This document shows, one piece after another, positions 49,868 to 59,703 of a DNA stretch of 64,000 nucleotides (the first letter of the stretch is position 1; each line of letters starts with the position of its first letter). The stretch lies in the IMG/VR virus record IMGVR_UViG_3300027313_000002, positions 13,293-77,292 of that record. One strand, 5' to 3'. Position numbers and translations under genes: made by a program. This DNA comes from a virus. The notes below the pieces were generated by a model. It worked only from the letters and a program-made list of their open reading frames with translations. It had not been told where the DNA came from and did not search any database.

Positions 49868-50533
49868 TCAGAACACGAACGCGTTCACCCCAGGCGCGGT
49901 GGCCGGGAGCTGGCCGTCCATCGGGCCGCCGGGGAACGGCGCCGGGCCCTGCGCGGCGACCGAACCGCCGTACGGCACGTACCGCGCGCCCAGCTGGGCC
50001 AGGATCTGGCCTGCCCCGGATCCGAGGCCGTTGCCGACCACGTTGGTGGTCTCGGTGCCAGACACGATGTTTCCGTTCAGGATGCCGCGGATGACCATGT
50101 TGCCGAGCGCGTCGTTGGCCACCTTGCCCGCCGGGCTGGCCGGGAACACGACCGTGCCGCCGGCCAGCGTAATACCGTCCGGGTTCACGCTGTTGGTGTT
50201 GGAGTTGTACGCGGCCACCGAGGCCGCGCCCGGGCCGCCCGTGTCCCGCGCATCGCGCAGCACGCCCATGGCCACGCCCCGCCCGTCGGTGGCGGCGGCC
50301 TGGTAGGCGAAGTACTTGCCGCTGGCCGTGTGCCTGGCCACCACGCAGCCGGTGGGCAGCACGCCCTGGCCCGCGGCCAAGGTGACGCCCCGCTGGGTGT
50401 AGCCGGCCATGGACAGGAGCAGCTCGGCGACCGCTTCGGCATGGAACTCGTCACCGTAGGGTGCGCCCTGCTCATGAGTCGGCTTCTGGTACTGGGCCGG
50501 GTAGTCGAACTCCACGCTGTCGCTGGCTGGCAT
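49868..50533 (-). CDS. head decoration protein
   Basis: GVTLAAGQGVLPTGCVVAR..GKY; between protease and capsid. Confidence 0.75.
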   Translation of the reverse strand: MPASDSVEFDYPAQYQKPTHEQGAPYGDEFHAEAVAELLLSMAGYTQRGVTLAAGQGVLPTGCVVARHTASGKYFAYQAAATDGRGVAMGVLRDARDTGGPGAASVAAYNSNTNSVNPDGITLAGGTVVFPASPAGKVANDALGNMVIRGILNGNIVSGTETTNVVGNGLGSGAGQILAQLGARYVPYGGSVAAQGPAPFPGGPMDGQLPATAPGVNAFVF

Positions 50534-50550
50534 CTAGGTCGCCTCCCCGT

Positions 50551-51660
50551 CTACCTGGTCTTGGTGCCGTTGGGCGAGAAGAACTGGGAGTGCGCAGCGG
50601 TGAGCCGCGCCACCTCGGTGTCGATGTCCTGCTCCTGGCGCTGGTCCCCGTCCGGCCCGCTGAGGCCCTCCTGGTTGTTCAGCTTGACCACCGGCTCCTC
50701 GGGCAGCAGGGCGGTCAGCATGTCCCGGTCGGACAGGGCGAGCGTGACGTACGCGTCCCGCTGCTTGGGCAGCACCCGCCCAGCCTGGATGTAGCCGTCG
50801 ACCTCGTGCTCGGCCTCGCGGCGGCGCAGGTCGGCGATGGTGGCGTCCCGCGCCGTGTTGGAGCGGGCCAGCTCCAGCACGGCGGCCACCACGTCATCCT
50901 GGCTGACCTGCTCGTCCGGCGCGGCCAGCTGGACCACCCCGGAGGACCGCAGCGCCTCGACTACCGCGGTGGACAGCGCCGCCGGGTCCGGGCCCGGGCG
51001 GGCGGCGGCCAGCTGCAGCTCCGCGACGTCGATGCCGTGCTCGCTCTTCAGAGCGGCGAGCAGCTCTTCCCTCGTCAGTGGCACGGGCTCCTCCGCTGCA
51101 GTCAGCACGACGACCTCGCCTGCACTATCGTCCGAAGCGGCCAGGACTTCCTTGTAGTCGTCCAGGCCAGTGACGTATGGCCGGTTGGTGACCGCCACGT
51201 GAAGCAGGGCCGGGCCGACCTTCTGGCCGGTCGCGGTGTCGGTGTAGTTGGTGGACAGGAAGGCGCTCGCGCCCAGGTAGGTCTTGCCGAACCTGTCCGC
51301 GTCCTGGCGCGCGTCGATGAGCGCGTAGACCTTGCCGCCGCGGTGCTGGATGCCGACCACCTCGCCGAGATTCGCGCCCGGGCTCTCCACGTGCTCGTTC
51401 TGGTCGTTCGCGAGAGGCACCTGGACGATGTCGCACACGCCCGAGGCAAAATTGCGCTCCAGCGCGGAGACGAAGGCATCGTCGATGTCGATGCGCGCCC
51501 CGGTCTTGGGGTGGATCAGCGGACCCTTGTTCAGGATGTGCTTCTCGAAGAGCCTGCCGGTGACCTTGCGGCTGCGGGCCAGCTCGACCGGGACGTCCTC
51601 AACCAGGCTGAACGGCGCGTCAGCCGGGGACGGGATGATGTAGCGCAGGTCATCGCCCAT
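50551..51660 (-). CDS. capsid maturation protease/scaffold (Mu gpI-like)
   Basis: H, YLGASA, LLHVAVTNRPY; helical C-terminus. Confidence 0.85.
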   Translation of the reverse strand: MGDDLRYIIPSPADAPFSLVEDVPVELARSRKVTGRLFEKHILNKGPLIHPKTGARIDIDDAFVSALERNFASGVCDIVQVPLANDQNEHVESPGANLGEVVGIQHRGGKVYALIDARQDADRFGKTYLGASAFLSTNYTDTATGQKVGPALLHVAVTNRPYVTGLDDYKEVLAASDDSAGEVVVLTAAEEPVPLTREELLAALKSEHGIDVAELQLAAARPGPDPAALSTAVVEALRSSGVVQLAAPDEQVSQDDVVAAVLELARSNTARDATIADLRRREAEHEVDGYIQAGRVLPKQRDAYVTLALSDRDMLTALLPEEPVVKLNNQEGLSGPDGDQRQEQDIDTEVARLTAAHSQFFSPNGTKTR

Positions 51661-51686
51661 GCGGGCATAATCGACCTGCTAAGCGG

Positions 51687-52088
51687 CTACTCCGAGTCGA
51701 GCGCCGGCAGGCTGCCGGTGTCCTCGCCGCCCCGGCGCGGCCGTGACGGCTGAGCCGGGCTGTTGTCCTCGGGCAGCTTCTCGGCCATGAGCCGCAGGCC
51801 CTGCGCGTACGCCGGGTTCCTGGCATCGGCGGACCGGGCTGCCGCGCGCAGCGCCTCGCCGGCCTCCTCGAACTGGCTGTCCCGCAGGCAGTTGAACGCC
51901 TGCAGCACGAGCTGGGCCGCCTGGTCCTCGTGCCGGTCCTGGAGCATCCGGGCCGCGTCGTGCAACTGGATGAAGACGTTGTCCTCCTGCTCGTTTGCCT
52001 TGCGGGCCTCGGCATGCCAGTGCCCGGTGCCCTTGAACTTCACCGGCTGCCCGGCGGCCCCCCGCTCCGGCGCATTCCCGTCTGCCAT
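51687..52088 (-). CDS. hypothetical protein
   Basis: AAGGAGG RBS. Confidence 0.55.
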   Translation of the reverse strand: MADGNAPERGAAGQPVKFKGTGHWHAEARKANEQEDNVFIQLHDAARMLQDRHEDQAAQLVLQAFNCLRDSQFEEAGEALRAAARSADARNPAYAQGLRLMAEKLPEDNSPAQPSRPRRGGEDTGSLPALDSE

Positions 52089-52168
52089 GGCTCCTCCTTG
52101 ACCCCAGTATAGCTCAGGCAGCAGCCTCAAGACACGTCCCTCAGTGCTAACACGTGGCATGCCTAGTA

Positions 52169-54019
52169 CTACGGGCCAGGCGATGCTCCGCGCGCAGACG
52201 ACGACCCTGGCGGAGACGCGGATGGCGGAACAGGCGAAGACGCAGGCGGCGGTTCTTCTCGAATATGTGGTGGAAAATATCCATTACCGTCGGCGAAGTT
52301 GTAGGCGCCACCAATATTATGAGAATATGCGCCCAGGGCCCGGGAGTCCTCCAGGCTGGGCGTCACCACCACCGGGTCGAACTCGATGGTGCCCTTCTCG
52401 TCGTCATGGAAGATGCCCAGGTGGTAGCCCTTCGCGGCAAGCAGCGGGCCGAAGTCCTTCAGCGCCCGGTCCATGGCCCTCTTGAACTGGGCCTCGGTGG
52501 CGGTCTCCGGGATTTCCACGGTCTGGTAGCCGAACGGCAGCTTGGCGGTGACCGCGTACAGGTTCTCGTCGCCGGCCAGCGGGATACCGGTGTGCGCGTC
52601 GATGGTCATGCCGCCCCAGGACTGCTGGACCTCCTGCCAGGCCTGCTGTTCGAGCGCATCCCAGTTCTCGGTCAGCCCGGTCGGCGGGCTGGAGTTGTCC
52701 AGCATCGCGCCAATCATGTCCCGGCCGCGGGTGGCGGTGTCGAACCACTCCGCGGCCGAGACGGGCGGGCTGTCGCCGCGGGCCTCGGCCGCGGTGATGG
52801 GCTTGGGGGCCAGCGAGGTCGTGCCCAGCTCGGTGCGGATGCCGTGCTCGCGGGAGTAGGTCTCCCACCGCTGCCAGTGATTCCGCATCGCGGTGTACAG
52901 CCCCATGGCGCCCTTGGCCTTGCGCTCCCCGGCCGCCGCGGCAGCCCGGGTGGCCGACTCGTTCAGCCGCTGCTGCCGCAGCCAGACGATGGCCTGCAGC
53001 TCGGACGGGCTGATTTCCTGCCCGGTCTCCTGGGACAGGTCGGCCGCTGCCTCGCGGTACTGGTCGGCGACGTACTCGTGGAACACGTAATCCCCGATGG
53101 GGGCGAGCTTCAGCTCCTCATCGCTCAGCGTGCCGCCCAGCGCGGCATTCAGGCCGTGCCGGTCGACCACCACCCGGCCGATGGGATCACTGGGATGGTC
53201 CAGGCCGGTCTCGCCGAGCCGGGCGAACGCGTTGGTCTTCGGCCCGTTGAACACCTCGTCGAAGCCCTTGCCGGCGAACCCGGCCGCAGACATCTGGGTG
53301 TGCACGGGCATGACGCCGCCCTCGCCCTTGCCCAGCGGGCGGCCCTCGGCCAGCGCACGGGCCGCCCGGAACATGTTCAGCGGCCAGCTGACCTGGGGGG
53401 AGTAGGCGGACAGCTGGGTGGCACCGTGCCGGGCATCGCCGCCGCCCAGCGCCCAGGCCAGCCGGGCCATGTCCGGGTACCAGCGGCGGCCCTCGTACTT
53501 CTCCGCCGGGGTGGTATCGCGGAAGGCGGCCTTGATGTTCTCCTTGGCCCCGGCAACGGAGTGCTTCCGGAAGAACGGGTGGTCCTCGGGCCGGGCGTAG
53601 GCATTGCCCTTGGCCTTCTCCCGGGTCAGCCGCTCGGGGTTCGGCCGGGCATAGCCGTGCACCGGCCGCTCCCACATGGTGCCCTGCCCGACCGTGCCCT
53701 CGGCCTCGGGCCGCTCCTCGCGCGCGATGGGCGCCCGGCCGCCGCCGGGCCGCTCCACCTCGCCGTTCTCGTCGCCCTCCAGCTTCTCGTCCCGCAGGTC
53801 CTCGGCGGCCTCGGCCGCCGCCCCGCGCTCGCGCCAGGCGGCCTCGCCCGCGGTGATCCACCGCTGCTGGCCCTTCAGCCAGTCCGGGTGGGGGATCCAC
53901 CACCGCCTGGTGGTGTAGGGCCGGACCACCTCGGGGCGTCCCCGTTCCATGCGCCGGTACCCGCGGACCTGCGCCAGAGCGAGGTCGTCCGGCTCGCTGC
54001 GGACCACCCACCCGGACAC
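52169..54019 (-). CDS. large head-region protein with a helical (HhH/glycosylase-like) domain
   Basis: WYP, SAYSPQVSW, PKTNAF, VVVDRH, ELQAIVW motifs. Confidence 0.55.
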   Translation of the reverse strand: MSGWVVRSEPDDLALAQVRGYRRMERGRPEVVRPYTTRRWWIPHPDWLKGQQRWITAGEAAWRERGAAAEAAEDLRDEKLEGDENGEVERPGGGRAPIAREERPEAEGTVGQGTMWERPVHGYARPNPERLTREKAKGNAYARPEDHPFFRKHSVAGAKENIKAAFRDTTPAEKYEGRRWYPDMARLAWALGGGDARHGATQLSAYSPQVSWPLNMFRAARALAEGRPLGKGEGGVMPVHTQMSAAGFAGKGFDEVFNGPKTNAFARLGETGLDHPSDPIGRVVVDRHGLNAALGGTLSDEELKLAPIGDYVFHEYVADQYREAAADLSQETGQEISPSELQAIVWLRQQRLNESATRAAAAAGERKAKGAMGLYTAMRNHWQRWETYSREHGIRTELGTTSLAPKPITAAEARGDSPPVSAAEWFDTATRGRDMIGAMLDNSSPPTGLTENWDALEQQAWQEVQQSWGGMTIDAHTGIPLAGDENLYAVTAKLPFGYQTVEIPETATEAQFKRAMDRALKDFGPLLAAKGYHLGIFHDDEKGTIEFDPVVVTPSLEDSRALGAYSHNIGGAYNFADGNGYFPPHIREEPPPASSPVPPSASPPGSSSARGASPGP

Positions 54020-54293
54020 GCTCAGGTAATCGGGACCGGGGCCTCGCCTCCGTTGATGTTCTGCTCGACCAGGCCGGGGATGCCGTCCAGCAGCTCAGCG
54101 ATGCCGTCCAGGTCAGGGCCGGAGACGGTCAGCCCGGACTCCCGCATGGCCTCGGCGTCCATCGGGCCGAACTCGAAGTGCTGCTCCTTGTGCGCGCGCG
54201 CGTACTCGATGAGGCGGATGGCGGCCAGCGCGTAGGACACCGAGCTGTCCGCGAACCAGCGCCGCGTGACCACCAGCACCCCCTTCCCGGACG

Positions 54294-55304
54294 TCACATT
54301 CCCTCCGCGAGCCTCCTCAGTACCAGGTTAAGCTCGTGCATGGCAGCCTGCAGGAATGCCATATCAGCCTGGTACCTGTCCTCGGGTACCGCGCGTACCT
54401 CCGACGCACTCAGGAAACCGGCCGGCGGCCGAGCCGCCCGGCGCTGCTCCTGGCCGCCTCCTCTCCGCGCAATTTCCAGCCAGCACCGGCAGAACGGGTG
54501 CAGGAGCGGTCCCTGCAGGTCCCCATGGTACAGCCGGGGCGGCTGGGTATAGAGGATCCGCGCGCCGGCGGGCCGGCCGAATTTCCGCTCCCCCGCCAGG
54601 GTCCGGACGTGGCGGGGGACGGCCTGCGGCATCCGGGCCGGGCCGCCCAGGTGCGGGGCGAACGAGTCGCGCAGGCCGATGGTCACCCCGTCCAGGCGGC
54701 GGCACCAGAAGCAGCATGACTCGTATTCCACGTGCGCCCGCCACCGCTTCAGCACCAGCTCCCCGCGATCACGCAGGCCGCGAGCGGCCTGCAGCACGGC
54801 CAGCGTCCGGGCAGCGCCCTCCGCGGTCGAGACCGTCATGCGGGCCCTCAGGGCCGCCTGGCGGCTCCAGTCCAGCAGCGCCCAGCGGACCGCCTCGGCA
54901 CGCTCGGCCGAGGCCTGCATGACCGGGGCGGTCCCGGGCTCGGACACGCCCGGGACGAACGGCCGCGGCGGGACCGAGGCGTGCGCACGCCGGATCACCG
55001 CGTGCAGGTGGCCTACATTCCCGAATACGCGCCCGATGTCGTCCAGCAGCCGGTCCAGCTGCGCGGGCTCGCCGGCCAGCGCCGGGACCTGCGCGTACCA
55101 GCCCTGCCGGACGGCATCCCCGGCCGCGGCCCGCGCCTCGTCCAGGGCTTCGGTCAGGACCGCGCCGACGTCAGGCCGGGCCAGCAGCTGGCTGGCGGAG
55201 CCGAGCGGGTTGGTCTGGGTGACCAGGGACAGGTAAGCGGCGGCGGACCCCAGCGCCGCGCTGACCGCCTCGGCGACCTGCGCTCCCAGCTCGGACTCCG
55301 CCAC
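54294..55304 (-). CDS. MuF-like head morphogenesis protein
   Basis: KRW..CCFWCRRLDG..HPFCRC. Confidence 0.8.
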   Translation of the reverse strand: MAESELGAQVAEAVSAALGSAAAYLSLVTQTNPLGSASQLLARPDVGAVLTEALDEARAAAGDAVRQGWYAQVPALAGEPAQLDRLLDDIGRVFGNVGHLHAVIRRAHASVPPRPFVPGVSEPGTAPVMQASAERAEAVRWALLDWSRQAALRARMTVSTAEGAARTLAVLQAARGLRDRGELVLKRWRAHVEYESCCFWCRRLDGVTIGLRDSFAPHLGGPARMPQAVPRHVRTLAGERKFGRPAGARILYTQPPRLYHGDLQGPLLHPFCRCWLEIARRGGGQEQRRAARPPAGFLSASEVRAVPEDRYQADMAFLQAAMHELNLVLRRLAEGM

Positions 55305-55682
55305 GGCCTGCGGAATCGGCTGGCTCCGACCGCGCGGCGGGCACTACCGGGACCGGATCGGACGGCTCGACCAGGTGCCGGTAGGCGTGGTAGCTGATGG
55401 TGTCGCCCGGGTGCCGGTACAGGTGGTGGCCCAGCTGCGGATGCACCGCCCCGGCGCCGCGCCTCGGGGGCACCGGCTGCCAGGGCGGTGGCCTCACCGC
55501 GGGGCTGCCCGCCTCTCCCGCCGGCCCCGGCACGTTCCCGCCAGGCCTTCCAGTCCGGGGCTCCCCGCCACGGGCCAGGCCCGTGACATCTCCTTCTACG
55601 CCCCAGGCCAGCGCCATGGCCCGGGCGACCGAGATCTCCTGGACGAGCGATCGGGCCAGCGCGGCCAGCTCGTCCTCGGCGC

Positions 55683-57284
55683 TCACGCGCCCCGTCCCTG
55701 CAGCTGCGGCGGCCCGGGGCCGCGCCCGCCACCCAAGCCGGGCCCGCCCGGCGCCGTCTCCGGCGGAGCGAAGCCCGGCGGCGGGAACGGCCCCGGGGGA
55801 GGCGGCCCCGGAGGCTGCGCCCCGCCCGGCTGAGCGCCCTGCCCGGCCCCCGGCGGCGCCGGCTGCGGCGGGCCCTGCTGCGCCATCATCCGGGCCTGCC
55901 GCTCGCGGTCGCGCTTGATCTTGTCGTAGTCGATGTCGAACCCGAAGTTGACCGCCATCTGCTGCTCCAGGTCCAGCATGAACTCGGGCGTGACGTTGGC
56001 CTGCATTCCCGCCGCCGCCAGCTTGTCGAAGGTATCCTGCACGGCCGCCTTCTGCTCCTGGGTCAGCGGGCTGAACTTGAAGGTCGGGTACCGGTGCGAG
56101 CCGAAATTCCAGTCCACGAACCGGGGGAAGATATGGACGTTTATCAGCTCGGTGATCTCCTCCAGTATCCCTTCCAGCATCAAATAGTATGTCGTGTCCT
56201 CCTGCTTGCCGAAATCTACGAGCGTGCTGTCACCCTGACCGCCACCCTGCTCATTGTCGAACCACTGCGCGAGCACCGATTTGGACATCTGCGAATTGTG
56301 GTGATTGATCAAGCCCAAAAAGTCGAAGCGGGCCGCCGCCTCGTTCAGCGTCTGCACCGTCCAGTCGGCCGACGGCACCGCGATGTACTGGGCCAGGCCG
56401 AGCTGGGCCAGCGCCTGGATGAAGTGGTCCTTGTCGGAGGCCGGGGCGTTCGGGACCATGGTGCCGATGCGCAATCCGACCGCTGCTCTCTGCGCGGCCA
56501 GGTGCGCAATGTAATACAATTTCTCTTTCTTGTCATAATGGTAGTATGCCGATTCGAACATTGACACGCCGTAGAAGGGGCGCTCGGCCTCTTCGTGCGC
56601 GTAGTAAATAGCGGTCTCCCTGGGGATCTTGACATCAATCGTGCGCCCCTGAAAAAACGTCCTTTGCCTGAAGCCGTTGAATTTACCCTGGCCGTCGAGC
56701 AGGAACGTGAGGGTCTCCGATGGCCTCCAGTCCACTTCCCGGAGGGTGATTTTCCCCGCATTGGGTCCCAGCTTCGGCACCCAGTAGATCAGCTCCCAGG
56801 CGGAGAAGCCGTTGAACAGCGCGAGCAGGGCCTGCTTGATGAACCGGGAGAACGAGTGCGTCATGCCGCCCATCTGCGGCGGCGCGAACAGCAGGTCCTT
56901 GCAGAACTGGGCCTCCTCGGTGCCGCCGAGGGTGCCCTGGATGGGCACGACGTCGGCGTTCTTGAGGCTGGCCAGCAGCGGCTTGGTCAGCAGCCGGTAC
57001 AGCGCCCGGGCCTGGCCGTCCCGCCTGCGCATGGCGATCAGCTGGCGGATAGACACCGGGTCGTCGCGGAAGACCTCCCAGCTGTCCCGGTACGGGGTCG
57101 CGAACGGCAGGAAGTAGGGGACGCCGACAGCGAAGTTCTCGCCCTCCGGGGGCGGCTTGGGCAGCTGCTGCTGCTCGGGCAGGACGTAGCCCTCCTGCCC
57201 GAACCCCTGGGTCGTGACCCCCATGCCGCCAGGCGGCTGCAGGCGCGACTCGTACGGGCCCTGACCGCCGCCTGGTGTGGTCAC
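55683..57284 (-). CDS. portal protein (DUF935/Mu gp29-like)
   Basis: GFSAWEL, PFYGVSMF, HHNSQMSKSVLAQ, NFG..YP.F; precedes MuF. Confidence 0.9.
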   Translation of the reverse strand: MTTPGGGQGPYESRLQPPGGMGVTTQGFGQEGYVLPEQQQLPKPPPEGENFAVGVPYFLPFATPYRDSWEVFRDDPVSIRQLIAMRRRDGQARALYRLLTKPLLASLKNADVVPIQGTLGGTEEAQFCKDLLFAPPQMGGMTHSFSRFIKQALLALFNGFSAWELIYWVPKLGPNAGKITLREVDWRPSETLTFLLDGQGKFNGFRQRTFFQGRTIDVKIPRETAIYYAHEEAERPFYGVSMFESAYYHYDKKEKLYYIAHLAAQRAAVGLRIGTMVPNAPASDKDHFIQALAQLGLAQYIAVPSADWTVQTLNEAAARFDFLGLINHHNSQMSKSVLAQWFDNEQGGGQGDSTLVDFGKQEDTTYYLMLEGILEEITELINVHIFPRFVDWNFGSHRYPTFKFSPLTQEQKAAVQDTFDKLAAAGMQANVTPEFMLDLEQQMAVNFGFDIDYDKIKRDRERQARMMAQQGPPQPAPPGAGQGAQPGGAQPPGPPPPGPFPPPGFAPPETAPGGPGLGGGRGPGPPQLQGRGA

Positions 57285-57642
57285 CCCTGTGGAATCGGAT
57301 CAGTGCTCCCCGCACACCCAGCGCCCGTAGGCGAGCCGCCAGCCGCGGGCGCGCAGCTCGGCCACGACCCGGGGATCCAGCTCGTGCACCAGGTACCAGT
57401 CCAGGCGGGCCACGTAGCCGGGCGATCCCTCCTGGCCGAGGTAATCCGGCAGCCTGAACCCGCGCGGCGCGCTCAGCTCCAGCCTGCTCTCGCAGCCGTT
57501 GACGACCGCCGCGCACGTGAACAGCAGCTGCGCCACCGGCCCAGCATAAGGATGAGAAGCACCCCGGCGGCCGGATTTTAACCGGCGACCACCCGGAATG
57601 ACGAGCCAGGCCGCTCTAACGCTGGCGCACACCGGGGTACCG

Positions 57643-57716
57643 TTCCCGCGGCAGGAACTGAACCTGCACCCACCCGGTCCCAAGAGCCAGGCGCTCTGCC
57701 AATGAGCTTCGCGGGA
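57643..57716 (-). tRNA. atypical tRNA-like gene with a 9-nt anticodon loop (CTCTTGGGA)
   Basis: Acceptor TCCCGCG/CGCGGGA; D arm GCTC/GAGC; T arm GCAGG TTCAGTT CCTGC. Confidence 0.6.
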
Positions 57717-57826
57717 AGCCCTCTCAGGATAGCTGCTGCTGCCCTGAGCTGCCCAGGTACTTTCCCGTCACCGGGTGGTACACCGGCCGTGGCCCGGTGA
57801 TGACCTCCCCTGCCGATGTACCCCAG

Positions 57827-58348
57827 GTGAACTGGCTGAAAGACATCCTCGCCGAGTACCGGCGCTACCCGTGGGGGGTAGCGGTCCTGGTGTTCCTGCT
57901 GTTCGCCGGGCTGAGCGCGGTCCTCACCGTGTACGCGACCCGGGGCGGCGGGACACCGCCTGCGCCAGTGCCGCCCAGCCCGCCGGTCACGGCCCCGCCG
58001 CGCCCGGCTGCCACGCAGCCGCGTCACCACCACCACACCACCACCAGCCCGCCAGTTATCGTACCGCCGCCATACACGCCGCCGCCTAGCATTCCGCCGA
58101 GCCCGCCACCCATCTCACCGGCCGCAGGGACACCCTCACCCAGCCTGACGTCGAATGTGCCGACTTCGTCCGGCCCGCCGACGCCGAGCCAGTCAGCCAG
58201 CCCCAGCCCGCCGCCGAGCCCGAGCCCGAGCCCCAGCACGGTGTCGGCGAGCCCTACGGCCGCGCCCAGCACGCCGTTCAGCGGGTCCGGCGGGACCAGC
58301 CCGGCCGGTTTACGCGTTCGCCCGCGGGGCACATCCGGCCAGGTCTAG
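57827..58348 (+). CDS. membrane-anchored Pro/Ser-rich protein
   Basis: One TM helix then low complexity; GCCGAT-N9-GTG. Confidence 0.6.
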   Translation: MNWLKDILAEYRRYPWGVAVLVFLLFAGLSAVLTVYATRGGGTPPAPVPPSPPVTAPPRPAATQPRHHHHTTTSPPVIVPPPYTPPPSIPPSPPPISPAAGTPSPSLTSNVPTSSGPPTPSQSASPSPPPSPSPSPSTVSASPTAAPSTPFSGSGGTSPAGLRVRPRGTSGQV

Positions 58349-58380
58349 GCTGATGGCCCGTGGCTGCCGATATACCCAGC

Positions 58381-58956
58381 GTGGAACCCGTCCAGCTGAC
58401 TTCGGCCCCGGACTACATCGCAGTGCGCACAGCGGCCCTGGCCGCGGCGGCGAAATTCTGGGCCGACAGCAAGCACACCGACGCCGAGCAGGTGCTCGAC
58501 ACGGCCGCGGCCTGGACCTCGTGGGTCCTGGCTCCGGCCACGCAGTTGGTCATCACGGCCGCCCCGGTCACGTTCGACCAGCATGATCCCGCGAAGAACA
58601 ACCCGACGATTTCCGTACCAGCCCCAGGAGGAGCAGGCACCATGGCCGTGACCATGACCGACACCCAGCAAGTCACCCTGAGCGTGAAGCCCGAGGACTC
58701 CAAGGGCGCCCCGACGACCGGCGACACCGTCACCTGGTCCGAGGACAGCAGCGGCGCCGTCGTCACGCTGCAGCCCTCCGCAGACGGCCTGTCCTGCGTG
58801 GTCGTGGCCAACGCCCCCGGCACCGCCAACGTGACCGCCACCGACGGCACGCTCACCGGCACCGACACGATCACCGTGGACCCGGGCGCCACCTCGCAGC
58901 TCGCGCTGTCCGAGGGTCCCGTCACCGACCAGGCCCCGCCGACACCGGGCGCCTGA
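58381..58956 (+). CDS. Ig-like (Big_2) domain protein
   Basis: VTWSEDSSGAVVTL..PGTANVTAT; GCCGAT-N9-GTG; possible internal start at 58642. Confidence 0.7.
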   Translation: MEPVQLTSAPDYIAVRTAALAAAAKFWADSKHTDAEQVLDTAAAWTSWVLAPATQLVITAAPVTFDQHDPAKNNPTISVPAPGGAGTMAVTMTDTQQVTLSVKPEDSKGAPTTGDTVTWSEDSSGAVVTLQPSADGLSCVVVANAPGTANVTATDGTLTGTDTITVDPGATSQLALSEGPVTDQAPPTPGA

Positions 58957-58999
58957 GCGCTTCCCCTTAGAGGAACCGCGGCGCGGGTCCGGTCCTTAG

Positions 59000-59074
59000 C
59001 TGGCCAGGCGGGACTCGAACCCGCGCCGCACGGTTTAGGAAACCGCGGCTCTATCCAGACTGAGCTACTGGCCA
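59000..59074 (-). tRNA. tRNA-Arg(CCT)
   Basis: Cloverleaf; loop TTCCTAA. Confidence 0.9.
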
Positions 59075-59078
59075 TTTG

Positions 59079-59150
59079 AGGCGGAAGCGGGGCTCGAACC
59101 CGCGTGTCGCGCTTTGCAGGCGCGCACCTAGCCAACTCGGTCATCCCGCC
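59079..59150 (-). tRNA. tRNA-Cys(GCA)
   Basis: Loop CTGCAAA. Confidence 0.9.
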
Positions 59151-59151
59151 G

Positions 59152-59227
59152 TGGCGTCCCCAGCAGGGCTCGAACCCGCACGCCCGGCTCCGGAGGCCGG
59201 TGCTCTATCCAGCTGAGCTATGGGGAC
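59152..59227 (-). tRNA. tRNA-Arg(CCG)
   Basis: Loop CTCCGGA; CCA encoded. Confidence 0.9.
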
Positions 59228-59228
59228 T

Positions 59229-59312
59229 TGGTGGCGGACGCAGGACTCGAACCTGCCGTGTCGGAGACGACGGTTTTACGGACCGCTCCCTTGCCTCTAG
59301 GGTTACTCCGCC
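59229..59312 (-). tRNA. tRNA-Tyr(GTA)
   Basis: Loop CCGTAAA; long variable arm; CCA. Confidence 0.85.
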
Positions 59313-59313
59313 T

Positions 59314-59390
59314 TGGGGCGACCGGCGGGGCTCGAACCCGCTTACCTGGATCCACAGTCCAGTGCCTCAGCCTGTTCGGCTTCGGCCGCC
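59314..59390 (-). tRNA. tRNA-His(GTG)
   Basis: Loop CTGTGGA; G-1:C73; CCA. Confidence 0.9.
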
Positions 59391-59391
59391 A

Positions 59392-59467
59392 TGGTGGGCG
59401 ATGCAGGGATCGAACCTGCGCAGTCCCGCGGTGTGAACGCGGCGCTCTCCCGCTGAGCTAAACGCCC
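59392..59467 (-). tRNA. tRNA-Val(CAC)
   Basis: Loop TTCACAC. Confidence 0.9.
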
Positions 59468-59553
59468 GTGCTCGCACTTGACGGATGCGAGCTGTGAGGT
59501 CCCAGGCAGCGCTACCTGGTCCACCGGGCCGTCTTTAAGCGCGGCCGTTCACG

Positions 59554-59626
59554 TGCGCCCAGAGGGACTCGAACCCCCATTGCCAGATCCGTAGTCTGGA
59601 GCCCTTGTCCTTTAGACGATGGGCGC
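59554..59626 (-). tRNA. tRNA-Arg(ACG)
   Basis: Loop CTACGGA. Confidence 0.9.
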
Positions 59627-59630
59627 GTAG

Positions 59631-59703
59631 TGGGCGGCACTGGGTTCGAACCAGTGCCCTCCTACGTGTCAGGTAGGCGCTCTCCCGGCTGAGCTAGCCG
59701 CCC
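59631..59703 (-). tRNA. tRNA-Val(GAC)
   Basis: Loop CTGACAC. Confidence 0.9.

Noticed and set aside
59490-59553. 23S H69/H71 mimic
   Set aside because: GUGAACGGCCG..AGGUAGCG is only a loose resemblance and the H69 loop is not conserved
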